A stretch of DNA of 64,000 bases from the human T2T-CHM13v2.0 reference genome, Homo sapiens. The stretch lies in assembly GCF_009914755.1 (NCBI RefSeq), contig NC_060927.1; one strand, 5' to 3'. Each line of letters starts with the position of its first letter. Within the stretch, counting starts at the first letter, position 1. Shown here piece after piece: positions 1 through 13,967 of the stretch. A program made the translations under genes and the position numbers. Under the pieces are notes generated by a model that worked only from the letters and a program-made list of their open reading frames with translations, was not told where the DNA came from and ran no database searches.

Positions 1-660
1 AAAATTCCTGCCCTTGTAGAGCTTACTTTCTAGTAGGAGAAACAGATGACAAATAGAATTACTAATAATACATGAAATGTAATTGGAGGCAAAGAAAGGC
101 AATATGAAGTGACAGTTGGTAAGGGTTGAAATTTTAGGTCAGGTGTCATACATAGCCTCAGTGAGAAAGTGACTTCTGAGAAAAGATCCTGAGGAAATGA
201 GGGTGCTAGCCATTAGAATATCTGAGGGAGAACACTATGGACACGTGCAAAGGCCTCAAGGTACATGCATGCCTGGTGAACCTGAGGAAGACAAAAGATA
301 GCAGGAAGATCAATATGGCAGAAGCAGAGTGAATGAGGAAAAGAGTAGTGGAAAGGGAAGTTAGAAAGGGAAGGAGGACCCACAGTTTATGGGACCGGTG
401 GGTTACATTAAGGACTTTGGTTTTTACTCCAAGTAAGGGATGAGAACCTTGGGAGGATATTGAGTAGAAGAGTGATATGATCTGATTTCCTTTCAATAAA
501 ATCACTCTGGCTGCTTTGTTGAAAATAGATCAAAGGGGCAGAAGGACAGAAGTAGATGCAGCTAGACAAGTTAGGAAGTTGTGATGGCAATCCAGGTGAG
601 ACATGATGGTGGCACAGAAGGGAGGGGTGGACATAGAAGGAGTAAGAAATGGACACTATA
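1..660 (-). mobile_element. L2 LINE fragment (old, degraded)
   Basis: L2-like antisense motifs such as 'cctgcccttgtagagcttactttctag' and 'atcactctggctgctttgttgaaaatagat'; boundaries approximate. Confidence 0.7.
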
Positions 661-2219
661 AAAAGTACACAAGAGGGGAAAGCCACTCTTGAGATTGAGG
701 CATATTGATCAATAGGTAACTCCCTCTTGTTTCAAAAATGATGAAAATGTGTTACAAGTAGAACCTTCAGACCTCAGGGAATGGCCAAGGTCAGCCTAGC
801 AAATAAATCTTAGTGTCTGAGATCAATCTTACATGGAACAAACACCCTTAAGGTAAGGGTTCATTCATTATTTTAAGATCAAGACCATGTTCTCATGAAG
901 TGTCATCTTAGAAGTTTAGTTGTAGGTCTCACTGTAAAACCAGTCAAGCTGGGAGAAGAAAATTACATTTCTCTTTGCAACTGCTCCAAGAAAGAGTCTA
1001 ATCATACCTGCATTTTTAAACAGAAAAATAGAGTCTGAGTCTAGGCCAAAGAACAAAGAAGTTTCCAGAGAGCAGGGATTTTTGGCAGCAGACGTGAGGT
1101 GAGTGAGAATAGACCCTAAGGAAACAACCAGCTGTGGTCATACCAGGCTCTTTGTCAGTCCCCTGGAGGCTGATTTTCAGCAGACTGGGACAGCTCTACT
1201 GGTCTCTCAGGAGTCTTGTTGACTCCCTGCAGCTATCAAAGGAGGCCATATATCGGTATCTCTCTGCTTCTCAAATGAGAGAAGCATTTTTCTTTTCTTT
1301 ATCCCTGCAAATCCCAGAAAATTGAGGTAAGGTCTGGAGAGTTGAAATGCCTTCTCAGAGGCATAGTGCCAGGGATTAGTTCTAACTCAAGAGTCTCAGA
1401 GACAGTGAGACAGGGGATGGAAAGGAAGAGGAGAGAATCTGAAACCCAGATGGTCTTATGACTTTATTAAAGCTTTCCCTACCTTTGCATCATAATTATG
1501 TTGGATATGCAAACTGGGATTCGCATATGCTAAGGTATATAAAATCATTATTTCTTTAATGAGACACACAGTGAGTTTGGAGGATGTCAGGACAATGTTG
1601 TTTAATTCCTGCCTCCAAGGAAAAGAGGAAGCCCAAGATATGTTTCAACCTTTGGAAGAAAAAAACTCTACTACTAATACTGTTATATTGATTGGTTCTT
1701 TTGATGACAAATGGCAGGAAAATGATAAAAACTGACTCAAAATAGAATGTATTGGCTCATCTAGCTGTAAAATATAAAAATGGACCCATGGCATAATCAA
1801 GACATTTACACACTGGGCATAGCAGATTCCAGGGGGCTCAGATGATAGTGGTTGCCTTTCTTTCTCTAATTTTCCATTCTACTTCCAATATGTGTTGGAC
1901 TCATTTTATTCTCCTGCCATGTAATTGGAAAGATGACAACCAGAAGTCCCATGTATACATCATTTTTCTTATAATTTGTTATCCAAACATAAGAGGATAC
2001 ACCTCCATAGTTCCAGCAGAAAGGTCCAAAGAGAACTTTGGCTTATCTAGGTTAAATATCTATTGCCACACCTGTCGCTGCAGCCAGAGGGGTGGGGTTT
2101 GTTAGCCAGAACTGGATTACATGCTCATCCTTGGGCTCATGGAGCAAGAGCAGCCACCCACGAAACCATTCAGAAAGTGGGAGGGATAATTCTCCAAAGA
2201 AAGTAGAATTAAGGAGTAA

Positions 2220-2531
2220 AAATATATGTCTGCTATAATCATATTTCTTGTTTCTAGGAGGAACATATCTTCTTAGAATACCCACAATTTTGTGTTTCCA
2301 AACAATGTATGTGTACATATTAGTAGCATAACTTTCAAGCTAGTATTTTAAACTTCTTATTGAAGTGTAATATGCATACACACAGACAGATAACTCCACA
2401 TTTATCAGGGTACAGTTTGATGAATTATGTGGTAGTATTACATTTCTTCTCATAAGGTTGAGAAGTGTTTCCTATCTTCAAAAACAGCTATACAGGCTAT
2501 AGCTTAAAGGAGACAATAGTTTGGTGGAAAT
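2220..2531 (+). repeat. Copy 1 (putative source) of a ~310-bp local duplication
   Basis: Colinear, highly similar to 5212-5521 (shared e.g. 'ttctaggaggaacatatcttcttagaataccc', 'tgatgaattatgtggtagtattacatttcttctcataaggtt'). Confidence 0.95.
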
Positions 2532-2842
2532 ATATGGATGAAATATTCAAGAAGGTAGATTTGAGGAGCAGGACAATGGGAACTAAATGTCTGCAGCTCA
2601 TGGACTAACAAAGCTTAAAGGTAAGCTGGCCCTGTAACTTACCAAGCATGGTTTTCCACCATTTGTGTTTGGCTTTGGGTCTAGCTCATGTATGACAGTC
2701 CTGGTCACCAAGTATTTATTGAGTTGAACCATTGGCTTAATAAGAGAAAAGCTCCAGGCAACTGGTTATCTACAGGTGTATGGGGAAATGCTACCAAAAA
2801 GCTAAGTCTGTTCTGGTGTGGCCAGCTTACATGTCCATCATA

Positions 2843-3514
2843 TAGTAGTACCTACATACCTGTGGTTTTGCTTTCTATGGTCTAAAAATATTAAATGAAA
2901 AAATTCCAGAAATAAACAATTCATAAGTTTTCAATCATGTACCACTCTGAGTAGCGTGATGAAATCTCATTGTCTCACTCTGTCCTTCCTGGGACATGAG
3001 TTCCCCTTTGTCCAGTTTCTCCATGCTATATCCCTACCTGCCCATTAGTCATTGACATTATTCACTCCCAACATCCAATAATTGACATCGTCATGGCTCA
3101 GTGATCCAGGATCACCTAAAACAGATGATCCTCCTTCTGACGTATCATCAGAAGGTCAATAGTAGCCTAACGCTCCATCACAATGCCTATGTCGTTCACC
3201 TCACTTCATCTCATCACATAGGCATTGTGTCATCTCACATCATCACAAGAAGGGTGACTACAGTACAATAAGATATTTTGGGAGAGAGACCACATTAACA
3301 TAGCTTTTATTACAGTATATTGTTATAATTGTTCTATTTTATTATTATTTATTGTTGTTAATCTCTTAGTGGGCCTAATTTTTAAATTAAACTTTATCAT
3401 AGTTATGTATGTATAGGAAAAAATATAGTATATCTGGGTTTTGTATGATATGTGATTTCAGGAATCCACTAGGGATGTTGAAATGTATCCCCAGCAGGTT
3501 AGCAGGGATTACTA
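2843..3514 (+). mobile_element. MER44 (Tigger7-derived, TcMar) non-autonomous DNA transposon
   Basis: Consensus-like 'aaaaattccagaaataaacaattcataagtttt', 'gagtagcgtgatgaaatctc', 'gatgatcctccttctgacgtatc'; degenerate terminal inverted repeats in TA context. Confidence 0.85.
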
Positions 3515-3609
3515 TACACATATCATTAGATGGCTTCATCCAGCTCTTTTATTATTAACTAGGGTCTTAGGAGCCCTTTCTTACTGTTAGTCTAGAGATT
3601 AATTTCCCA

Positions 3610-3860
3610 CTCCAATGTGGTGGATATCTCAGTTTTGCCCCTCTATGTCTACTCACCACCCATCTCTGCCTCAAGACTGACTTGTATGTATGACATCATC
3701 AGGTTTCCTTACTTTCTGCCTGTCATTTGGGTTCAGCCAATGGAGAACATGTGTAGGAAATTAGAAGGAGGGAGACAAGGGAAGTCAAGGTATTAATTTC
3801 CCAAGTCCCTCCTGTAGGGCTGCCTTGAGATATAATGGACCAAATGCTGTCTATTAGCTA
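3610..3860. mobile_element. Old ERVL-class LTR fragment (LTR33-like)
   Basis: 'gggttcagccaatggagaaca...ggaaattagaaggagggag' resembles LTR33-type LTRs. Confidence 0.45.
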
Positions 3861-4050
3861 ACTCTTGACTAGAGAAGCTAACATTTCCCAGCTCTCAAAG
3901 TCCATAATTCCATATTTCTCCTTTTTTCCCCTATTTATTTATTTTTCATCTTATCCTACCTGTTTCAGTTTTAGGCATCACAAGTGTCTTCCCTTGCCTT
4001 TGAAGTCACCCCTCAATTTCTTTTGGTCTCATGTTATCAACCTCAGATTC

Positions 4051-4248
4051 CTTTTTATTTTTATTTTTATTTTAAGTTCTGGGGTACATATGCAGGATGT
4101 GCAGGTTTGTTACATAGGTAAACGTATGTCATGATGGTTTGCTTCATCTGTCAACCCATCACCTAGGTATTAAGCCCAGTATACATTATCTATTTTTCCT
4201 AATTCTCTCCCTCCCCCCACCTTACTCCCTGACAGGCCCCAGTATGTA
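4051..4248 (-). mobile_element. Severely 5'-truncated L1PA (L1PA8-10-like) 3' end
   Basis: Antisense L1 3'UTR 'ggggtacatatgcaggatgtgcaggtttgttacatagg' with T-rich tail; 15-bp TSD atcaacc(t/c)cagattc at 4036-4050 and 4249-4263. Confidence 0.9.
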
Positions 4249-4959
4249 ATCAACCCCAGATTCTAGAATGTCTTTTCTTGTTCTGATATCTGGGATGTGG
4301 AAATTTTTTATGTTCAAGGGTATGTAACTGAAGGTGTGCTAATCTCCTTAATAATCTCTTATAAAGGATGTTTCATATGATTATCACAACCTGAAGTCTT
4401 CCCCAATCTCCTATCTCATCCACTCCACAAAAAGTACCAGAGTTGATATCACAACATCTTCTGCACCCAGCAAGGCATGTATTTTCTCTGATGCCATTTT
4501 AGAATGCAAAAGCTTATTATATTTATTTCTGATACCAAGACAAACAAATCTTTGACATCAGCAACAGTTATGATAGGGTTCATTTCTACCCAACAAACTT
4601 AACTGGCTGTATTTTTAGAATGCCAACATCCACAGCGCTTCACTGGCTCATCAATGGCTATTAGTTCATCCGTCGAATGGAGAGGAGGGCATAAATTCAT
4701 AGCAATAAAGACATTCGGTGGTTAAATAGTCTCTAGCATATGTGACTGCTAGATTGAAGAATGAACTTGCAGAGAAACTATTATACTGGAAACTTGCTCT
4801 GGTACAGTTCAAGAAGAAATAACATTAATAGATAGAGTGAGAGTATTTTATGGAGCCTAATTTAGTCTCTAAGGACCGAAGGACCTCATTAGTATATGCC
4901 GTCACTTATGAAATGGCTTGGAAGAGACAGAAGTGAAAAATTACGCAGTAGGTAAAACA

Positions 4960-5180
4960 ATAACCCCTGGCATCAGAAAGACTTGGACTTGAATCCTCTC
5001 TCTGCTCCTTGCTAGTTAGTTGACCTTGGGCTAGCCACTTAACCTTTTTAAGTACACATTCTCTTCTGTCTCTTGGGTCTAATAATATACCAAGGTATAA
5101 GATTCTTGGGGTCATTAAATTAGATAACCTTTGAAAAGCAGTTATTACAGTGCCAGACACAAACTAAGCACTCAAGAAAT
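4960..5180 (+). mobile_element. MIR SINE
   Basis: 'ttgaatcctctctctgctccttgctagttagttgaccttgggctagccacttaacc' MIR core. Confidence 0.7.
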
Positions 5181-5211
5181 ACTTGCATTTTGTTTCTGAA
5201 GCTAGGGTCTG

Positions 5212-5521
5212 AAATATATGTCTGCTATAGTCATGTTTCTAAATTCTAGGAGGAACATATCTTCTTAGAATACCCCTATTTTTGTGTTTCCAAACTACAC
5301 ATGTGTACATATTGGTAGCATCACTTTCAAGCTAATATTTTAAACTTGTTATTGAAATGTAATATGTATACATACACACAGATAACTGCACATTTATCAG
5401 TGTGCAGCTTGATGAATTATGTGGTAGTATTACATTTCTTCTCATAAGGTTAAAAAGTGTTTCCCATGTTCAAAAACAGCTATATAGGCTAGCATAAAGG
5501 AGACAATAGTTTGGTGGAAAT
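5212..5521 (+). repeat. Copy 2 of the ~310-bp duplication, flanked by 20-bp direct repeats
   Basis: Flanks ttgtttctgaag(c/a)tagggtc at 5190-5209 and 5525-5544. Confidence 0.93.
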
Positions 5522-5549
5522 GTATTGTTTCTGAAGATAGGGTCCTATT

Positions 5550-5706
<157 letters not shown>

Positions 5707-6317
5707 AATACGTTAATTTAGATAATGGAATTTTGATGATAATGATCACTTGCAAGACCAATGGGTATTTAACATTATTTCCCTCAAACAAGCTTCTCCA
5801 TCCCTATACTTTTTATGAACAAAAGAGCCATGTCTCTAAATACCCAAGTTCATCATGGCTCTCACTCTTTTAAAGATTGCTCCTGCCTTTCTAGTCAACA
5901 GAGTAGAGTTTAAACTCCTTAAGATAGTATATAAGGTATTCACAACTTGTTCCAGTCTCACCTCTTCAGCCTCATATCTGGCTTCTTTGCATCCTCCATG
6001 TCTTACTGCCGCCAGAGCAAAATTTTCACTGTACGCCACCTGGTCATAATATCATGCCGTGCATATACTCTTCCCTTTGCCTGGAATGTCCCTGTGGAGC
6101 CCTCAAGGCTCTGGCCAAGGGTCACCTTATTAGCTTATATTTATTAAGTGCGTGTTGTGTGCCCAGCATGGTGATGATCAACACTCTATGATGTAGTATT
6201 ATTCAGCACAAGAAGGAATCTAAGGCTTGGCAAAATGGAGCTCAACAAAGTGATACACATTCAAGGATTTATGTCCATGAAGTGGCAGAGAAATCAAGGT
6301 GCTCTGGCTCCAAAGTT

Positions 6318-6865
6318 GCTATATTTATTTCCTATCAAGCTGTGACAAATCATCACAAATGTAGTACCTTAAAACAACACAAACCTATTATCTTACAGTT
6401 CTAAAAGTCAGAAGTCCAAAATGAATTATACTGGGCTATAATAAAGGCGCTGGCAAGACTGCCTTCCTTCTGGAGTTCTAGGGGATAATCTGTTTTCTTG
6501 ACTTGTCCAGCTGCTAGAGGCTGCCCACATTCCTTCACTCATGGCCCTTTCCTCTACTACCAAAGCCAGCAGCATTACATCTCAAATGTTTCTTTTTCTT
6601 TCTCTCATTCCTTCTCCCACCCTCTTCCTTTCCCTTCCTTTCTCTTCCTCTCTATGACTTTGCTTCCATCATCAGATCTCCTTCTCTAACTTTGACCTTC
6701 TTGCCTCCCTCTTATAAGGATGTGTGTTATTACCTTGGGCCCGCCTGGATAATTCAAGATAATCCCAGTGTTCTTAATGTATTTACATCTGCAAAGTCCT
6801 TTTCACCATGTAAGGTAACATATTCACAAATTCCCAGGATTAGGACACCGATCTCTTTGAGGAGT
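6318..6865 (-). mobile_element. MLT1 (ERVL-MaLR) solo LTR
   Basis: 'ttaaaacaacacaaacctattatcttacagttct...gtcagaagtcc' and 'catctgcaaagtccttttcaccatgtaaggtaacatattcaca'. Confidence 0.85.
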
Positions 6866-9376
6866 CTACTACATTAATTCTCTTGACTTCTATATTATTT
6901 CGTCAACTTTCTCTGGGAAAGTTGCCTTCTCTAAATTTTCCATGAAAATTTCCACAGACAAGTAGCTACCCGTTTCCTTGGATTCCTCCCATAACTCTTT
7001 ATTCATACTTCTTTTGTACTCACCATATTGTACTGAAATTAATACTTCATATTTCTGGCTCCCCCCAATTGAATGTGAGCTCCTCTGGGGCAAAACTCTT
7101 CAGCACCCAGCCTAGAACAGGAATTCACAGGGAGCATTTACTGAAAGCTGGGTAGACAAGTGGATGGATGGAAGGATGAAATGTGTAAAAATCATGGTCA
7201 TCCCTAAGATGATGGCCTTAGTAGCCATTTTAAACAAATACATTAATTTAGCCAAAAAGATGTTACCAAAGTTTATACATGTCAGGAGTGAAAACTGTTC
7301 TGCAAGAAGTGAGAATGACTCTTCCTGTTGATGCTTGATTTCTTAATTCAGGCAACACTCAGATGCTATCTGCCTACTAACTGCTGGGCCCCAGGGTCAT
7401 AAAGATAAATTACAGTCTTACCACTGAGTAACTGACATTTTTAAGCACAGACATATATGAACTCAACAATTATACAATAGTAATATATGCTACTCTCGCA
7501 TCTGGGAGAACCATTTGTCAGGTCTTGTTGGAAGCCACACAGACTCTTTGCAAAACCGTGCTTCTGTTAAAGAGAGAGAGAAAGAAACAGAGTGGGGTGG
7601 GGAAGGGAGGAAGAGAGAGAAACCTGTGTTGTTAGTGTTTCTGAGGAGGCAGAGTCTCTTAGTGATTAAAGACACTCATTAGAAAGCCAGAGACTTGGGA
7701 TGAAGCCCCTTCTCTGCCATACAGAGGTCATATCATTTAAATGACCTAACTCAATCTCAAACTCTTCCTCAGGGATTATGAGCTCACCTGTCCTATAGAG
7801 ATTTGTGAGAAGTAGATGAGAAAATGTTTTAAAAGAGCTCAATATAACACCTAATGCATTCTTTGCATCCAAGAAATGCTAACTATAATTATTATTTTTG
7901 ACAACTATTTGCCTTTCTGGATATCATCAACAACCCATTTCTTAATGTGACATAATAATATTTCAAAGTGTTAATTGAAGTACTACTTACTACCTCCCAG
8001 TGTAGCTGCTCACCATCCATCTTTGACACCCAAATGGATGAACACGTATTGCAGAAGAGACAGTCCACAGCTAAGTGTGACATCCTTAGCCTCCAAATGG
8101 ACAAACAAGTAAAAAAAGTTTTCTTCCTGCCCCAAGACTCTACAAAAGATCCTCTGAGCTGCAGATGGACAAAAGAATTTAGATTACAAGAGAAAAGACA
8201 CAGTACCAGGGTGATTTATTCTATCATCTCTCCCTGGAATAAATCCTATGATGGAGAGGGAAAACTGCCTCACAATGGCTTTTAATTTGGGAACCTGATA
8301 ATAGAAAGGATTGGACCTCTGTCTATTCTGTTTCAAACTATGGTCATTGGTAGTCATATAGAGCTGGGAGTAAGGGGTTAGGGAAGAGTAATTCTGCAAC
8401 TCCTGTGGTGCTCCTAAAGATGAGGGACAACAATCAACCCTATAGGAAAGACCTGGAAGGACTGAAATTGGGCTGAAAAATCTGAATAAGCCTGGATAAA
8501 GGACCTGGAGGGTGGAGAATAACCTAAGGACCTGATTATCAAAGCTAGGGCAAAATCTTGAACATCTCAGAGGGCAGAGCAGCTAAAAGTCAATGGCCAT
8601 AAGCCATGAAGGTCAAGTGCCAGCATAGAAAGTGTAGCACACTCAAGATTCATACAAGACAAATTACATATTTAAAAACTCTAGCAAAGGACCAAGATCT
8701 GGATTTGGCTCCTCAGTGGCATTGCAGAAATTGTCTTAGTCCTGAGGCATTTAAAATCAGGACTGAATTAGAGGGAAGAAGAAAATCTCAAGATGGCTTG
8801 TATGATCTTCTGAATGGTAATGAGTTTAAACCCAGAAGTAGCTTCATGAAAATCTCTAGACTGGACTGAAAAAATCCTCAAAAAAAACTGAATTAACTCT
8901 TCTCTCAGAGGGGACCAATGAGTCAAAAAATCAAAGAGTTTTGTAGAAGTAAAGTTAATTTTTGCACAACTTAGATTGTCACTTAAGGTTCAAAACCCAT
9001 CAACATTTGCCTTTCTCATTCTCTCCAGCTGTATATGGGCAATTTCACTGAATTAATCACACTTGTGACAACTGTGTTTAGAAGCACTGGAGTTGCATTT
9101 TGTATTAAGTATATTCCATTAGTGGGGCCATGGGTACTGAGTTACTGAAAAGATTAGCTGCAAGGTTGTGAGATTTAATATATAGTTCTTGCTTAGGGAA
9201 GTATGACAAGTTGCATCTGCTAAATTAATTGTCATTTGCTCAGGTGATACCCCTCAGATGGGGATAGCTATGAAGGAACGGAAAACGAGAATGAGGAGTT
9301 GAGAATAACAATTCTTCGTGTGCTGACTTGGGATCTAGGAAACAGCTTCTGGAAATAAAAGTGGTTAGTGTCAAAC

Positions 9377-9598
9377 AAGAGTTGGCAAAGTTTGTCTGTA
9401 GAGGACCAGATAATAAATATTTTAGGCTTTGTGAGCCATAAGGTCTTTGTTGCAACTGTTTTACTTCAATGTTAGAGCATGAAAATGGCCATATACAATA
9501 CATAAAGGAGCATGGCCAGGTTCCAATAAAACTTTTTTACAAAGAACAATCAGCAGCTGGATTTGGCCCATAGGGCCACAGTCTCCCAACCTCTGGTC
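9377..9598. mobile_element. MER58A (hAT-Charlie) MITE
   Basis: 'ttggcaaagtttgtctgtagaggaccagataataaatattttaggctttg...ccaataaaactt'. Confidence 0.8.
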
Positions 9599-9924
9599 TA
9601 GCTCATCTGCACTAAAGAAGATCTGTCTGTTCATTAGTCATAACATCTGGTGCCCAAAATTTGGGTATGCAGATATACTTGCCTGATGACAATGTGGCAG
9701 AGATGGGTAATGTTGGCATTGTTGGTTTTGTTTTCTGGGCTACTTGGGATCTATTTCTCTTGACATCCTTTGGTCCACACACTTTTTCTTGAGCTGGACT
9801 CTGGGCCCTATGGGAAAAGAGTGTGATCTAAATCTAACCAATGGTCACACTAATCCCCCTAGCCACAGTGACTGGTGCAGAGATAGGACGTGGTCCCAAC
9901 TTGTCCAATCATGATAAGGTGTGC

Positions 9925-10387
9925 ATCATGTTCAACCAGGAAGAATCTCCCAGCAGTAGAACCGAGACAAACATTTCAGTGTAAATGGTTTATTTGAGAA
10001 GTGATCCCAGGCAATGTGATAGAGAAGGAAGAAGAAAGGCCAGCCAATAAAGCATGTGTTACCATCAAGTAAGTTACAACTGAGGGGATTGTAGCTTAAT
10101 CCTTCTGGGAAACTCTGGGAGCCCATGTAGAACAGGAGCCTCAGAGTTAGCCTGACACAAGAGTGGAAACTAACTCTTGTCAGTCATTGGTAGAGGGCTG
10201 CTCCTAGGAGTGTTAATTCCCTGATACTTCTGGTCTGCCCTGAGCATTAGCAGAGTAAATGTTTTAGCCACTGAAGGATGACTTCAGGCAAAGACATACA
10301 GACGCTAGGTTTTGAAAGTCAGGGCCCACTGCATTAAAAAAGAGTCCAAAAGGGGATGTGGGTGGGATAGCTACTGTATTTGCTACA
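9925..10387. mobile_element. LTR16-like ERVL solo LTR within an older MLT1-like fragment
   Basis: 'gagacaaacatttcagtgtaaatggtttatttgagaagtgatcccagg' and terminus 'gctaca'. Confidence 0.55.
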
Positions 10388-11484
10388 CTGAATTTGGTTA
10401 GTCTCCCTATTGGAGCTCTGAAGAAACTAGGGGCTTATTTGACTCAGGTTGAGTCTCTGAATCATACTGTGACTGAAGTAATCCCATAGACATTTTAGTT
10501 ACATGCACAAACAAATTTTGTTTAAACCAGTTTGAGTCAAGTTTCTTACCCTACAGATCCACAAAGACTAAATAAAGCACATAGGAAATTGGAATTTATT
10601 TTCTACTGGTATTGATTCATCATACAATCTGATAAATATTTTAGAATATATACAATTTCTGTATGTATATAAGAACTCATATATAAAATGTATTTGATCT
10701 ACATCTTACAACTATATCATCCATATCTGTGTCTACACCTATATCTGTATATAGGCATGTGGAAAGAGGTACAAAAATATGTTTGTTCTTAATCATGCAC
10801 GGATAGTTAAATAAGAATATAAACGAGGGTCTCAGGAAATGGCAGTCAGATCCCCACAATCTTTCCATTTATCCACAACATGCAAGCCATGAATATCTGC
10901 TTTGGTGAAGCAAAGCAATTGTGCATTGCCCGGCAGACTCTCAGCAGCTGTTTAATAAAAAAGACAAATGTCTATTTCTCATGAGAACTTATTTTTGTCC
11001 ACAACCTCTGTGCTTGAGGTTTATCTCTTTTTTTCATTCTTCACACTCTTATTTGCTAAAAGGAATTAAAGGATTAGAATTGAGATGGTATGGACAAATA
11101 GAAGGGGATCAGAAGATAATAAGACGAGGAAAATCAAATGTAGTCATTTCAGAGAAAGTCAAAGAGTCAAGGGAGTGAGCAAAGGGTGGCACATGCTTAT
11201 AAGAATGGGAGAGGTGTCAAAAAAAAGATTAAAAGACAAAATTCCAATGCCTAAAGCATGTGTTCCCTCCTTTTTTTGTCCTCTGAGGAAATAAAACTTA
11301 TTTCTATTATAGTTTTGTTCAGAAGGCTATTTCAATCAATGCCATTCTATGCTGATACATGCTTACATGGCCTAGATAAACATATGAAACCCTTGTGAAT
11401 CTTGGATCCATGTAGTTCAGTCTATGGCATCTTATTCAAGAGGCATAGTTCAACAGTCTAGAAATAGATTAAGATGAATTCCTT

Positions 11485-12160
11485 GCATTCATTCAACATT
11501 TCCGTTGAACATTTTCTATGCCAGCCACTATTCTAGGGACTAGTGATTCAATAATGAACAAATGAAACAAAAGCACGACCTCGCAGAGTTTACATTGAAT
11601 GGGGAAGCACAGATGATAAACAGAATAAATAAAATGTATGATAACTAAGATAGTGATAGCTGATATGGAGGAAAACAGCAGGAAATAATACTTGGGAGGG
11701 GGAGCTTCTTTGAGATGGTGACTTTTGATCAAAAACCTGAAGGAGGTAAGGGACTGAGTCATGCAGACATCTGAGGGCAGAATATGTCAGACAGGGAACA
11801 GGAAGTGCAAAAGCCCTAAGGTGGGAGGGTGCTAGGCCTGGGGGGTGCTCAGAACTGCACAAAGGCCGGTATGAGTCTCGAGCAGCGGTCAGCAAATGTT
11901 TTCTGTAAAGTACCAGATAGTAGAAGATTTTCAGCTTTGAGGGCCATATAGTCTCCATCACAACAACTCAGCTCTACCAGTGGGGTATGAAAGCAGCAGG
12001 ACAATACGTAAATGAATGGGCGAGACTGCTCCAATCAAACTTTATTTACAAAATCAGGCTGTATGCCTATGGGCCATAGTTTGTAGACCCCTGGACTAAA
12101 GGAATGAACAGGGAATAATAAGGCCTGAAGATGCACGGCATTATACATCATTGTAACCAC
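11485..12160 (-). mobile_element. L2 fragment (continues at ~22230-22690), interrupted by MER58A at ~11882-12095
   Basis: 'cattcattcaacattt...ctatgccagccactattctagg'; MER58A 'ggtcagcaaatgttttctgtaaag...aaactttatttacaaaa'. Confidence 0.75.
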
Positions 12161-12164
12161 CTTA

Positions 12165-12464
<300 letters not shown>

Positions 12465-13557
12465 AATGACTTTGTGTATTAGTCTGGGTTCTCCAGAGAA
12501 ACACAACCAGAAGGGTGTGTGTGTGTGTGTGTGTGTGTGCATAAAATGAGAAATTGGCTCACATGATTGGGGCCAACAAGTCCAGAAATCTGCAGTCAGC
12601 AAGCTAGAGAACGAGAAGAGTTCACCATGTAGTTCTAGTCCATGTCCTGAGAACCAGAAAAGCTCTACTCCAAAAGCCAAAAGCCAAGAAAAGCTGATGT
12701 TTCAGTTTAAGTCTTAACCCAGGAAAACACAAATGTCCCAGCTCAAACATAGTCAGAAAGGAGGAATTGTCTCTTCTTTCTGGGAGGGTTAGCCTTTTTG
12801 GCCCATTCAGGCCTTCAAAACTGATTGGATGAGGCCCACCCACATTATCAAGGGCAATCTACTTTACTCAGTCTACTGATTTAAAGGTTAAACCTAGCCA
12901 AAAATGTCCTCACAGACACATCCAGTGTAATATATGACCAAATATCTAGGTACCCCATGGGCCAGTCAAGGTAATACATAATTATTTTTTCACCAACAAG
13001 TAAACATTGTTTATATTTGTGGTGTACAGCATAATGTTTTGATATATATATATACATTGTTGAATGGCTAAATCAAGCTATTTAATATATGCATTCCCTC
13101 ACATACTTATTTTTGTTGACAGGTATGTGGTTGTAAGTATGTAAATTGGCAGTGAGAACACCTAACATCTACTCTCTTAGCAATTTTCATATGCAATACA
13201 TTGTTATTAACTGTAGTCACCGTGATGTACGATAGATCTTTCTTATTCCTTCTAATGGAAACTTTGTGTCCTTCGGTCAACATCTCTCCAATTTTCCCAC
13301 CTTCTAGCCTCTGAGGACCACCATTATACTCTGTTTCAATTAGTTTGACTTTTTAGATTCCACATATAACTGAGGTAATGGGTATTTGTCTTTTTGTGCC
13401 TGGCTCATTTCAGTTAACATAATGTCCTCCAGGTTTATCCATGTTGTCTCAAATGACAGGATTTCTTTCTTTTTGAAGGCTGAATAAGTACTCTGTTGTA
13501 TGTGTGTGCCACATGTTGTTTATCCATTCATCCATTGATGGACAGTCGATTTCCTAT

Positions 13558-13967
13558 TGTGTTAGATCATTTTTGCATTGTTATAAAGAAATACCTGAGA
13601 CTGGGTAATTTATCAAGAAAAGAGGCTCACAGTCCTGTAGGCTGTACAAGCATAGCAACAACATCTGCTCAGCTTTTGATGAGGGCCTCATGAAGTTTAC
13701 AATCCTGGCAGAAGGTGAAGTGGGAGCATGCACATCACATGGCAAAAGGCAGAGCAAGAGAGAAGGAGGAGGTCCTAGACTTTCAAACAGCCAGCTCTCA
13801 TGTGAACTAACTGAGCAAGAACCCACTTATTGCTGAGGCGATGGTACTAAATCATTCATGAAAGAACTGCCCCATGATCCAGTCACCTCCCATCAAGTCT
13901 CATCTTCAACATTGAAAATCACATTTCAACATGAGATTTGGAGGGGACAAACATGCAAATAATATCA
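13558..13967 (-). mobile_element. MST (MSTA-like) solo LTR
   Basis: TG...CA termini; 5-bp TSD cctat at 13553-13557 and 13968-13972. Confidence 0.9.
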